Shown here one piece after another: positions 51,061-63,838 of a stretch of 64,000 nt of DNA. The stretch covers positions 58,282,001-58,346,000 of the forward strand of contig CM052816.1 of the NCBI GenBank assembly GCA_028534125.1. Reading direction: 5' to 3'. How positions within the stretch are numbered: the stretch's first letter is position 1; every line of letters starts with the position of its first letter. Source of the stretch: Lama glama (lineage: Eukaryota). The position numbers were made by a program, and so were the translations under genes. The notes beneath the pieces are model-generated. The model saw nothing but the letters and a program-made list of their open reading frames with translations. It did not search any database and was not told the origin of the DNA.

Positions 51061-51445
51061 TAAATGATCTCACTCACATGTGAAATCTAAAAAAGTCAGA
51101 CTCACAGAAACAGAAAGTAGAATGGTGGTGGCCAGGGGCTGAGGGGTGGGGGAAATGGGGAGATGTTAGTCAAAGGGCCCACACTTTCAGTTAGAAACAA
51201 ATGCACTCTGGAGACCTAATGTACAACATTGTGACCGTAGTTAATAATAATGTATTCCTGAAATCAGCTAAGATAGTAGATCTTAAGTGGTAGCTATGTG
51301 AGGTGACAGGTATGTTAACTTGATTGTGGTAATTAATTATTTAAACCATGCAAATGTGTATCACAACATCATACTGTACACCTTAAATGTACATAATTTT
51401 TATTTGTAACTTGTACTCAATAAAACTGGGGAAAAATAAAGATTT
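51061..51445 (+). mobile_element. Old L1M-type 3' end
   Basis: GAAAGTAGAATGGTGGTGGCCAGGGGCTG...CTGTACACCTTAAATG...AATAAAACTGGG. Confidence 0.8.
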
Positions 51446-54400
51446 TTTAATGTAAAAAAATTAGTATAAAGAGTATATCAGAAGGCTACAGGAGGATGGC
51501 GCCCAGGATTGTATCAAGACTAGTTAGAGGAGAATCTTTCACACCCAAGGTTCTCATAGTTGAATAGTTCAGGATCTATTTCACTTGCAATTCCAAGTTC
51601 CAGCACTGAGAATACATAAGCTAAATCCTTCATATAGCAGTCGAGTAGTAGGACAGCACAGTAACACAGACTTTTTCCTTTATTCATTATTCTATCAGTT
51701 ATCATTATTGCCTTGGGGTGTAAAGAGTTATGTGGCCCCCTATTGTACTAAGGCCTGATCTGGATGTTTAGAAGAAAAAAATCTTCCCTAAAAACCAACA
51801 AGTCAAGGTGGATGCCTGGGTTTAATGGCCATGGGATAAAGGAGTGGACAGAATGAGGATCTGAATGGCACCCTTCTACATGCCTCAGGTACTTCCATGC
51901 CCACTTCCCTGCTGGCATGTGTGGATGAAACTTGGAGAGGGAGATAATCAAGAGTTAACATCCTCAGTCTTTGAACTGATCCTGAATTTGCAAATCATAT
52001 CCGAAAATATTCCCAAACATCAAAAATATCCAATTTTATCCAAATGTTTATGTAGTATGGATGGATGAAGAGAGGAGAGAAGAGCTTCTGTGGCCTGGTG
52101 ATATAATCAAGGACTCAGATCCTTTAATCCTTCTCTGCCACACTCAGAGTCATGCTTCATCCTCAGATGGGCAGCAAGAAGTCTCCATAGATGCCAGTCA
52201 CTTCCCCACACGACAAAATCCAAAAGAAGTAAAAGATCAAATTTCTGGCTTTTCCTTGGAGCAAAGAAATATTTCCTAGAACCACCCCTCTACAGACTTC
52301 TTCCCACTCCAACTCCTGAACCAATCACTGGGAAAGAGAATGGGGAAACCCTTAAATCAGGCAGGCCCACCTGGAGCTGAAGGCTGACTGGCTTCCATGA
52401 GGCACAGGAATGCTTTTATAGGTATGAATAACTGAAGGAAAAAAGAGTTCTATAGGAGAGAAAATAGAGGATTGGACACCAGACAGACATCCACTAGCAT
52501 CTATTATAACATCTAAATGGAAAAGCTGGCTTATGGGGTCAGGAAATCAAATATTAACTGGTAATTTTGTTCAAAATCTAGTAGATAAAATATCCTGATT
52601 TCAGAAGGTGAAGGTAAGAAAATGCCAACAGTAAGGACATGAGACACACAGAAAAGTATTTCCAGTAATCTCACAGAAATCTGAGAGAATGCCCGGCCTC
52701 TGAGATTCCTCTGGCACACTCTAAGTGCAGAGCTCTCAAGAATCTGCCAAGAACACGGGAGGAGTAGGAAGGGTAACAATGCAAAGCTGATGCATGTTTA
52801 AATGAATAATAAATATAGTAACAGATAGCACCTATCAAGCACTTGCTGTACACTGAGCACCGTACATACATTAACACATGAAATGCTCATAAAAACCCAG
52901 TGAGAGATTATCAGAGGTGAAGAAAATGAGGCTCAGATAGGTTGTTACTTGCCCAGCTTCATAATCCTAGTAATGAGGAAGACAAGACACAAACTGAAGT
53001 TTACTTGATTCTGAAGCTCATGTTCTTGGGTCACTCATCTACAATACCAAGTTTCTAGAGAAATGGAAAAATTAAACTAAACAAATTAAAATATGGGCCA
53101 CACCAAAAGTTCTGAAGGACTCCAGTTTTTCCTAAAAACCCATTCTGCCCTGAGACATCATCTAAGTCATCTGGCCAACCAGTAGGCATTCACTACAGCC
53201 TTCTGATAAAATGTGGTCCACAGATCAGAAGTACTGGCAACAGGAAACTCTCGTTAGAAATGTAGAATTACAGGCCCTACTCCAAACCTACTAGATTAGA
53301 ATCTACATTTTAATAAGATCCCTAGGCAATCCATATGCACATTAAAGTTTGAATTATTGCCCTACAGCATCCCTGACATCTGAGCTCCTCTTTAGTCTTT
53401 CCTGGGACAGCTTAGTTCATAACCTCACAGCTCTCATTATTAGTAAATTCTTCCCTGATCATTCTATACCTTCCTCTCAGTCTGCTATCTAAAGTTTCAA
53501 ATGGCAATCCTTCAGATTTTGGAAACACCTATTACATCTCCCCATAGAGCTCTCTCTAAGTTAAATATCTACTTCCTTCAATATTTTCCAGATCACAGTG
53601 TTCACATCCTCCATTTCTGTGGTACCTAACTTAAGATATGCATTAGGATCAATTGCAGGAATCTGTGTTTTTCATATACTCCCCCAAGTTCAATTAAGGC
53701 CCAGTTCTACACCTCAGAACCACTGTCCTGCACGTTTTCTATTTGTTAATATTCTTTCTAGAATACAGCTTATAGTTCTGAAGACAATGAACTGCCCAAA
53801 TTTGAGCAGGCATTATTATGACCCATAATTAATGCAGCCTAAAATGTGACTAGCTCTTGTAAAGGGTCTCTTCACACTATTAACCCATATCAAATTTGCT
53901 GATAACCAAACTTTCAAGGTCTTTTTTTCCCATATGAGCTGCTGCAAAGCCAGGTTTCCCCATTTCTATACATAAGCTCTTGATTTTCCTTTCGAATTAG
54001 ATGTAGGACTCTGTAATTATTACTCTTAAATTTCCTCTTCTTATTTTGACCCCTTGATTTCACCTACCAAGAGCCCTGAATTTTCATCCCATCTTTTACT
54101 GAAAAGCAGTAAGTGGACTGGGAAAAGCTGGGCTCTAGAATCATACATGCTTGGGTATAACCAGATTTATTTTATTGAGACAAATGGCTCAAATGGCTAT
54201 ACACAAGACTCTGTAACTTAAGAGGCCAGCTCAGTGCCTGATAAGAAATGTTTGTACAATACTCATTGACTGAATTAATGATGTGATGACGTATGGCAGT
54301 GATAACCAGGGAGACCACTTAGAAAGCTCTGGTACTGATCCTAGTGAGAACAGATGGATGTCTGAATTGAGGTTAGTTCAGTGATAAACGAGGATTTAGG

Positions 54401-54677
54401 GAGCTATTGAGGGGTAGAATCAGTAATATTTATTGGGCAAGAATAAGAATGTCAGGGTAAGGAAGAGGGGAGAATCATGATGACATTCAGGTGTCTGGAC
54501 TGAGCAACTAGGAGGGCAGGACTAAATGTATACTGCCTCACTCCAACCCAATGGACTGCCTAAAGGCTCCAGGGAAATAGGAGTGTTCTCTATCCTGTGT
54601 GTGTTTTTAATTGAAATGAGGCTGATACCTTTAAGGACCTAATTCAATTGTGACATGAGTATAATTGATCAAAAATA

Positions 54678-55015
54678 ATCTCTGGATGAACCTCGAAGAC
54701 ATTATGCTAAGTGAAATAAGCCAGACACAAAAGAACAAGTAGTCTATCATTCCACTTACATAAGGTATATAAAGCAGGCAAATTCACAGAGACAGAAAAT
54801 AGAATAGCTATTACCAGGGCCTGGGGGAAAGGGAAGAATAGGCAGTTATTTTTTAATGAATACAAAGCTTCAGTCTGGGATGATGAAAAATTTCTGGAGA
54901 TAGATGGTGGTGATGGTTGCTTAACAATATGAATATACCTAATACCACTGAATCACACACTTAAGAATAGTTAAAATAGAAAAATTTTATGTATCTTTTG
55001 CCACAATAAAAATGT
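54678..55015 (+). mobile_element. Old L1M-type 3' end
   Basis: GGATGAACCTCGAAGACATTATGCTAAGTGAAATAAGCCAGACAC...GATGGTGGTGATGGTTGC...CACAATAAAA. Confidence 0.8.
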
Positions 55016-55515
55016 TTCAAATGTATTTCAAGTTATCAATCATCCATGTTGATGAATATTCCCCTTTTTATCTAGCTACGGTTGGTTGGGAGAGAGGAAC
55101 TAACAGAAGTCCTCAGAGACTTAAACCCTCTGCTTAACTCACTAAGATGTTACAACAAGGGCACCAGGGCATAAAGAATTGACTCAGAAAACAATTCTGT
55201 GGAAGCAAAATGTCAGCTGCTTTAAGGCCCATTATGTAGACTACTTCTCCTGTTTTGACTTGTTTGTTTTTGCTCTGATCTTATTTCTTTCCATCACCTT
55301 GAATAAATCTCACTAGAAACTTTTAGCTATCAGCAACCACTTTCAGCAATTAGCCTAAAATGAGGTACATACAGAAGTCAAAATAAGGCAAATTTTTATC
55401 TGGGTTGTGAGTTATACCTTTAAAAAATGTATATACAGTCTAAAATTTAAGATTTATGTCTTGACATGAAGGGCTGCTCCATTTTAAAATCTCCCAATCT
55501 AACCTTTTACCCTGT

Positions 55516-55800
55516 GAAGTGACTCTCAGCCTTGGTTGTACACTGGCGTCACTTGAGGGACCTTTTTTTTTAAAAAAATATGGAACACTTTACGAATTTG
55601 CGTGTCATCCTTGTGCAGGGGCCATGCTAATCTTTTCTGTATCGTTCCAATTTTACTATATGTGCTGCTGAAGCGAGCACTTGAGGGAGCTTTAAAAAAG
55701 CATGAATTAGTTATCTGGAGTCCAGTCTGAGCATCAGAATTTTTTGTAAGCCGAGTTCATCAGGTGATTCTAATGTTCAGCCCAGGCTGTGAATCACTAG
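55516..55800. mobile_element. MER5-type hAT DNA transposon remnant interrupted by the U6 pseudogene
   Basis: CTCTCAGCCTTGGTTGTACACTGG...GAGCTTTAAAA...CAGGTGATTCTAATGTTCAGCC. Related copies at about 33484-33610, 53200-53365 and 55958-56270. Confidence 0.7.
55574..55680 (-). pseudogene. U6 snRNA retropseudogene (full length, poly(A) tail, TSD)
   Basis: Minus strand GTGCTCGCTTCAGCAGCACATATAGTAAAATTGGAACGATACAGAAAAGATTAGCATGGCCCCTGCACAAGGATGACACGCAAATTCGTAAAGTGTTCCATATTTT is U6 with about 6 substitutions. It is followed by A10 and flanked by the direct repeat AAAG(C/G)TCCCTCAA. Confidence 0.95.
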
Positions 55801-57231
55801 CTTAGAAGTTAAGACAAATTCACCCTACCCTGAAAATTTGAGAGGGAGAGAAATGTATCTAACCAAAAACATACAAGAGTGATAATATCACCAAAGCAGA
55901 AATTGACCTTAGAATCCTAAAACTTAAGAAGGAACTTCAAGATAATCTTAGAGTGATCAGTGCTTCTCAATCGAGCGAGATCCCCAGAACAGCAGCATCC
56001 ACATCAGCAGGAAACGTGTTAGAAAGCAGATTCTGGGGCCCAGTCCAGACCTATGGAATCAGAATTTGAGGTGAAACACAGCAATCTGTGTTCTAAGAAG
56101 CTCTCCAGGCCATTCTGATATCAGCTGAATTTGAGAACCATAGTTCTAGGCAGTTACGGGGAGCTTTAAAAAGCATTCCATCACTCCCCAGAGGTTCTGA
56201 TTCAAGGATTTTTTTTAAAAAACCTCCTCAGCTGATTGTAGTGTGAAATCAGAGTTGAAACCCACTAATCTAGTCCCACCCCTGCATTAGGAGATAAAGA
56301 AAGACCAGCCCAGCTAGTTAGTACCACCAGCTAGAAAGAACCCAAATCCCTTGATTCCAAATTGAGCTCTCTGACCAGCAAGCAATTCTAGGTCTCCTAC
56401 TCAAAATGCTAACTCCATTCTAGTATAGATTTAAATTGTGACCCAGTTTGAAGACTCCATTGTTTCTTTACTTACAGTGCTCAGTTCTAGGAACTTGATC
56501 CTCTAGTTACCTTTCCTATGTCCCTTGTGGTAGAAAGAGAAGGTTAGAAGACAGGCCACATTAAAGTCAAGACAAAATAGGAATAAAATTAAATTAAAAT
56601 ACCAATAGCTCCAAAATAAAAACAGGAGCCTCACAAATACTTGCAAACATCCATATAATAAATGCAAGGAAACTATATTCAATCTTACAGTAACTGTGAA
56701 AAAAATATGAAAATGAATATATGTATGTTCACATGTGACTGAAGCATTATACTGTACACCAGAAATTAACACAACATTGTAAACTGACTACACTTCAATA
56801 AAAAAAATATATATATAAGTCAAAAATAAATAAATGCAAAAAAGTTACATTTCAAGAAGAATTATGGACAATCCATTTACCTTTCATATAATACCAGCAC
56901 TAGTAGTCTTAAGGCTACCCCAAAGGTCACTTAAGGCACCTTAGGAAGCCACTTAGTTCTACCTTCTGTCTCTTGGTATGGTTGTTTTTAAACTATCCCC
57001 AATGGAAGACTGTCAGATTCTTAAACCAGATTGCCAATTAAAAGTAACTTAAAATCTTGCTTAGTGATGTATTTCAGTAATCAAAAAGTTGCAATAAATT
57101 GAGTTTCCATTGTGGTAATTTGAACACATGATCCAGTCTCACTATTGATTGTGGTGGGAAGTTACATCCCTCCTTTGAATGCTGTGACTTTAAGGGTCAA
57201 TACCCTCAGTTTACTATTCTGTCTACATTAT

Positions 57232-58457
57232 CTTTTTAACATTTTTTATTGATTTATAATCATTTTACAATGTTGTGTCAAATTCCAGTGTAGAGCACAA
57301 TTTTTCAGTTATACATGAACATATATATATTCATTGTCACATTTTTTCTCTGTGAGCTACCATAAGATCTTGTGTATATTTCCCTGTGCTTTACAGTATA
57401 ATCTTGTTTATCTATTCTACGATTTTAAAATCCCATCTATCTCTTTCCACCCTCCGCCCCCTTGACAACCACAAGTTTGTATTCTATGTCTATGAGTCTA
57501 TTTCTGTTTTGTATTTATGCTTTGTTTTTTTTATTTTGTTTTTTAGATTCCACACATGAGCGATCTCATATGGTATTTTTCTTTCTCTTTCTGGCTTACT
57601 TCACTTAGAATGATATTCTCTAGGGGCATCCATGTTGCTGCAAATGGCGTTATGTTGTCGGTTTTTATGGCTGAGTAGTATTCCATTGTACAAATATACC
57701 ACATCTTCTTTATCCAGTCATCCGTTGATGGACATTTAGGCTGTTTCCATGTCCTGGCTATTGTAAATAGTGCTGCTATGAACATTGGGGTGCAGGTATC
57801 ATCCTGAAGTAGGGTTCCTTCTGGATATAAGCCTAGGAGCGGGATTCCTGGGTCATACAGTAAGTCTATTCCTACTCTTTCGAGGAATCTTCATACTGTT
57901 TTCCATAATGGCTGCACCAAACTGCATTTCCAACAGCAGTGTAGGAGGATTCCCCTTTCTCCACAGCCTCTCCAGCACTTGTCATTTGTGGATTTTTGAA
58001 TGACGGCCATTCTGACTGGTGTGAGGTGATACCTCATTGTAGTTTTGATTTGCATTTCTCTGATATGTAGTGATATCGAGCATTTTTTCATGTGCTTATT
58101 AATCATTTGTATGTCTTCCTTGGAGAATTGCTTGTTCAGGTCTTTTGCCCATCTTTGGATTGGGTCGTTTGGTTGTTTCTTATTAAGACGTATGAGCTGC
58201 TTATATATTCTGGAGATCAAGCCTTTGTCGGTTTCATTTGCAAAGATTTTCTCCCATTCCATAGGTTGTCTTTTTTTTTACTTATGATTTCCTTTGCTGT
58301 GCAGAAGCTTGTAAGTTTCATTAGGTCCCATTTGTTTATTCTTGCTTTTATTTCTTCTAGGAGAAAATTTTTGAGATGTATGTCAGATAATGTTTTCCCT
58401 ATATTTTCTTCTAGGAGCTTTATTGTATCTTGTCTTATGTTTAAGTCTTTGATCCAT
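57232..58457 (-). mobile_element. Young 5'-truncated LINE-1 with partly open ORF2 C-terminus
   Basis: ORFs 58217-58486, 57891-58262 and 57543-57785 encode WIKDLNIR...EWEKIFAN...[19 protein letters not shown]...CWRGCGERG...[10 protein letters not shown], broken by frameshifts. TSD TCTACATTAT at 57222-57231 and 58458-58467. Confidence 0.95.
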
Positions 58458-61400
58458 TCTACATTATTGTTTTGACTTAGTTTCAATGTTACAGTGGTTT
58501 CATTTCTGAAAAGTTTTTGTTTGTTTTTTGTTTTTTGTTTTTTACTGTAGGCAGTTAATCTTCCACCAAGCTTGAAAATACAGAGGAATTTATTTTAACC
58601 TTTGACTTGCAGAACATGCTACCAATTAGTGCTTGCAGAGCACTGGAGCCTGACTGGCAAATTTTCTTAAAAGATTGCTGCAAGAATACAGGATGCCCAG
58701 ATACCCAAGGCTTGCAATGTCCAGTAATCAGGGTAGCACCAGGGAGCCCAGAGCAAGAATGAGCAAGCAGCCTCTTCAAGTCCCCTAGAACAACTCAGGG
58801 CCAGTCATCTTCTATCTTTGTCCTCCACTTGACAGTCAGAACACTGGAGAGTCAGTCTCTCCAGCCAAGCCTCGATCATGTGCCCAGATCTCAGCTAGGG
58901 ACCATGGCTCTTTGCTCAACACACTCACCAAGATCACACAGGAGAGGGGTAGTTCCCAAATGAGAATGTAGGTTGCAGTTAGCAAGAGGACCTGGAGAGG
59001 TACTGAACAGGTGTACTGAACTGTACTGTACAGGTGAAAAGACCCTCTCAAGTCACTGACTCACTGCTGCACGAGGACAGGGGCCATGCTGGGCTTATCT
59101 TTGTATCCCATCCCAAAGCCAGACACACAGTAGGCCTTCAGTAAATGTTTGTTCATTTGGATAAAATAAACTGACAAAGCTGAAGAATGCATCATCATCC
59201 AGCTAAACGTTTTTCCACCATCACTCTCACCAAGCCATCTAGTGAATACTTATGTGTAGAATTTCAAAAGCTCTTAGCATGCCTTTTTTTAATCTTTTGC
59301 TCCAGCTTACTTCTAATAAGTAGTTCTGGTTATGTTTTCTCTTCAAGAAGTTTGCCAGTTAAATCCCCACCTTCTAAGACCTCCCTTCCCTCAAATCCTT
59401 GCCCCCTCAGCCCAGTGGCAACTAGGGCAGAAAAAGGGGACATAAGCAGGTGGAAAGAAAACTTGAGCATCTGGAAAAAGAAAGAAAACAACTAGTCCCA
59501 GGTCAGAGAGACTGACTTTGGTCCCCTCCCAACTTCCTCAGATACAACTTTTTAGTAGTAGAACTAGGACTAAGCTGGTCTTCTCCCAGTTCTCAGTCTA
59601 GTGCTCTTTCCAATCTAGGGTTCTTTCCATGATCATGTTGCCTCCCATGCATTTATTCTGAGCCTTCACAACTTGTGACTGATGTGACACTGTTACCTAG
59701 ACATAACTTTTAAAAAATTAAAGGAAACATTAGTCTTATAAACAGTTTAATTCTACTGGAAGCTATTTCAGTATCCAAAAGCATCAGGGTCATCATTATA
59801 TCCAGGAATATTTGTACCATTGTACATTAATAAGGCAGAATTTAGCAACACACCTTAAAATTCTACAAACACTTTGACCCAACAATACCACTTTGAGAAA
59901 TTTGTACTAACAAAATAATTAGTCACGTAAAGAAACTACAAGGTATGTATTGCAGCATTATCTATTCTAATGGGAAACCAGAAACAAATTGTGTCTAACA
60001 ATTTAAGGAGTGGTTAAATCAAATAGCACTATACAATGTAATATCATGTAACATCAAAATTATTAGAGGAAATATTAAATAACATGAAAACATGTCAACA
60101 CATTTACAATACATAAGTGAAAATGTAGATTTCAGAATAACTTTTTGTGTGAAAAAAATTTCCTACAGATAGAAAAAAGAGAACAGTATACAAGAGAATA
60201 GTAACAGCAGCAGTTATCTCAAGGTGATGGAATTATGGAGAATTTTCACTTTATTTTCTTCACTGTCTCTAAATTTTCTACAAATAATGTTGCTGGATTT
60301 TTTTTAGTACAAATAAGTTTTAAACAAAAGCTACTTTTAATTATCCTAAGCTATAGGAATGTGATGAATAGAGCTATGGTTGAAAATGTCAAATACATTT
60401 CCTTTCAGAAACCTCTTAGTATTAGTCTGAGTTCTCCAAAATTCTACTTGTTCACTTCTTACAATTAACTCTTGCAGAATTACCACATCAATTTTTTTCC
60501 CTAGTTTACTTCTAATAAGCAGTGCTTGTCATGTTTTCCCCACAGTAAGTTCTCTTTTAAGCCTCTACCTTCTAAGCCTCTACCCTGTTTTCCCTGAGTC
60601 ATTGCTCTACCTTAACATAAGGAGAAGCACACACCTGCAACCTGGGTCCTCTTTGTCAAAGAAAAAGCTGCCAAACATACGGAAATGCTGGCTGCCACAG
60701 AAAATCAAATTGCCCCCAGCCTATGGTAAACTCTCTTCATGAGTCAATTAAATGGCTCTTTAGAATGCTAATGCATATCATGTGTTTATCATACTAAAAC
60801 CTCTATTAAAATTTACAAAGCAGGCAGACGGCCTGTAGAAGCTGAAACAGGCAAGGAATCGGATTTTCTCCTCAAATCCTCAGAAGGAATGCAGCCCTGC
60901 CATCTTGGTTTTAGATTTCTGACCTGCAGAACTACAGGTGAACAATTCTGTGTTGTTTTAAGTCACTAAAAAGCCACAAAGTAGCTATCTGGAATATTGG
61001 CTTGTAAGAATTATCAACATCTGACATGTAGCATCAGCATTCAGTCCACGATAGCGAGCTACAGACAGAGCAACCACACGTCCCAATCAGCCAGGTCAGT
61101 CCTGGCTCACACCCATATCCAGTGTAATTATGAGTAGGACCCTTTCAAAAGCACCCCAGAATGGACAGTCAATTGTAAGTTACCTTGATTATAAGCCTCC
61201 TCATTTGGAATGTACGTCTGCCTAGAAAAATCAAAGGCAGACAGAAATTTCACTGAGCTCCGAGAACAATCATGTCTTTAGCCTCCTGATTCCAGATACA
61301 AGAGAATTTGAGGCACATTAAATAAAAAATTATTTTTAAGTGTTTTGTGGAAAGGTGTTTTTGTCAAAATAATAAAAGCCTATGACTTCATTAAATATTA

Positions 61401-62423
61401 GTTGTATCTAATTTGTAACATTTAGAGAGAAATGTTATAAATGACAGGAGGCCATGAGTATCTAGTTCATTTTCTTGCCATTTTTCTAAATACTGAATTT
61501 CAGAACCAATCATTAAAAGATCAGTAAAAACCAGCTTTGGCCAAAGCAGTCAACAACCATCCTTCCAGAACACCGTTATCAATACATTTCAGAACAGGAA
61601 CAATGTGACCTCCTCGCCAAAAAAGTCTTATTAATGAAACCATTCAAAAACATGCTTCTGCCCCTGTAAAGGTAATAAACAGCCTCTCTCTAGTTTTGCC
61701 TTGCATGTAAGCATGCACATTTGGTAAGTAATCAATTTTTCACTTGCACATTCAACAGTACCTTTTGCTAGTGCAGAAAAAAATATTTTGACAAATTCTC
61801 ATTTGAAAACATTTTTCTTGAAAACTAAGAAACAGAAGTAATTTTGTCTATTTTTTATTAAGTGTCCAAAAAGGCTAATAAAGAATTTTAAGAAATATAG
61901 TTAGTCTTTAAGTTACTCATATACCCTGACTGAAATTCACATTTATAATAACCAAAATGTTAAAAAAAATTCTCATTACAAAAAAATCAGTTAAGTGATG
62001 TGATGGTTGTGTTAAGTAACCATATTGTGGTAACCACTTCACAATATGTAAGTGTATCAAATCATCACATTTTACATCTTAAACTTACACAATGTATGAC
62101 AATTATATGTAAATAAAGCTGGGAGGGCAGGCAGACAAAAAACGCTGCCTATTTTGGTAGAGCATTATAAATGTTTTTTTATTGGATAAACTATACAAAA
62201 TAACTTTAATTATTTTAAGTGTGGTGTTATTAATAACCATGACCTTCCTAAACGGAGAAAGGTAAAAATACTCGTAAAATATCCATGAGTCTTTGACGTG
62301 TTGATGGCTCCCATCAACGGAAAGCCATCTAGTCTTAATTTTTTTAAGTTTTCTGACATGGATGTAAATTTTAACTGAAAATATAACATAATTTACTATT
62401 TTAAAATACTTACTGTCTTCCTT

Positions 62424-62784
62424 TGTGGGCTGGCAAACTAGCCCCACACACGGAGGACCAGAAGAGACGGAGGAGAGGCGGCCGCTCCAGGTTGTGAGGT
62501 GGCAGGTGTAATAAGCGGCAAACTCACATTGGAGGTTAGACGCGGCCGAGAGACGAGGAGGTCACCACATTTGCCCACCAGGCTCTTAAAAGTTTACAGA
62601 GAGGCCTTAGTGGGGTTCAGTGACGTATTCAGTCCAGACGGTCCCAACACCTTCCTCCCTCAAGGCGGCGTTCTTCAAGCTACAGCAATAGCCGGCGGTC
62701 GGGGAGGGGGAGGAACCAACGACCAGCCGGTTCCGGGTCAGGGGTCAACGGGTGGTCACATCCTCCCCGTGACCTCCTCAAACA
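62424..62784. mobile_element. Solo ERV LTR, CpG-rich
   Basis: TG...CA termini and a perfect 5-bp TSD TCCTT (62419-62423 and 62785-62789). A 361-bp GC/CpG-rich block in AT-rich flanks. Confidence 0.8.
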
Positions 62785-63004
62785 TCCTTCTCAAAACGCC
62801 TCACCCCTGAACTGTGGTCATCTATCTGTGAACAGCTCAAAAAACTAAACTGACTTTTGATACACAATGCAGCCTAAATTGAACATCACACACACAAATG
62901 TTTGAATTATTAATTTTATTAGGAAAGCATTTGATAGTTGTATTAAATCATATATCACTTAATTTTAAAATGATGTGGCCTGACGACACAATTAAGACAG
63001 GGAC

Positions 63005-63660
63005 TTTTCATTCATTCAACAAATAACTGAGCACCTATAAGTGCCAGGAATTGGAAATTTAGGCCAAATAGGAGGATCCCTGCTCTCACAGAGCTCACAT
63101 TCTATAGAGCAGGACGACACTATTAAAGAAATGTTTATATTTCTTATAACACAAAAGACAGAGGGAGTGACAGGAAGTAGATGGTGCTCTACAGGAGCAC
63201 ATAGTAAGTGTCTAACCCAGCCCAGGCAAATCACAAAGACAAAGAGATAAGTATTTTAAGAAGGGAGAAAAGAACAGTTCAGGCAGAGGGAAACTGATAG
63301 ACGCTTGGGTGGGTGGGTGGGACTTTGTAGGTTCAAGGAACTGGAAAAAGTCTCGAACGGGTGCAGTACCAAGTGTGAAAAGAGGAGTCAAGGAGATGAG
63401 ACTGAAAAGATGATGACCAAGATCCAGGGAGGGCATTAGGGGTTTGCACTTCTACAAGGAACCAAGGAAAGATGTCAGTAAGGGAGCAGCAGGACAGATG
63501 TGCACTTCAGAAGGCCATCCTCATTCCAGAGTGATGGAGAGACTGGAATAGGTTAAGACTGGTTGCAGGTAGACCACTTCTAAGGCCTGTGTAAAAGATA
63601 AAAATAGAGGGGGAATTTAAGAGATAGCAGGCAAAATCGATAGAACTTGATAACTGAATC
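63005..63660 (-). mobile_element. LINE-2 3' fragment
   Basis: TTCATTCATTCAACAAATAACTGAGCACCTATAAGTGCCAGG, the L2 3' terminus. Other L2 pieces at about 23690-24170, 36800-37370 and 46530-46940. Confidence 0.7.
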
Positions 63661-63838
63661 TGAGGTTCCTCAGACCTGTTCAATTATGCCGGTCTGGTGC
63701 TCAGGGGAGAACTATATTAACAACAGTCAATACAGGGATCATCTCCATTTAGATGGCAACTGAAGCCGTAAGAAGGGCTAAATTCAACCAGTGAGAATAA
63801 ATCAAGCAATGAAAAACACATACATTTAAGAATGAGGA

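Noticed and set aside
55574..55680. Functional U6 snRNA gene
   Set aside because: It has a poly(A) tail, a TSD, no upstream PSE/TATA and a mutated ACAGAGA box.
57543..58486. Protein-coding gene suggested by 80-127 aa ORFs
   Set aside because: These are frameshifted fragments of LINE-1 ORF2 and their antisense frames.
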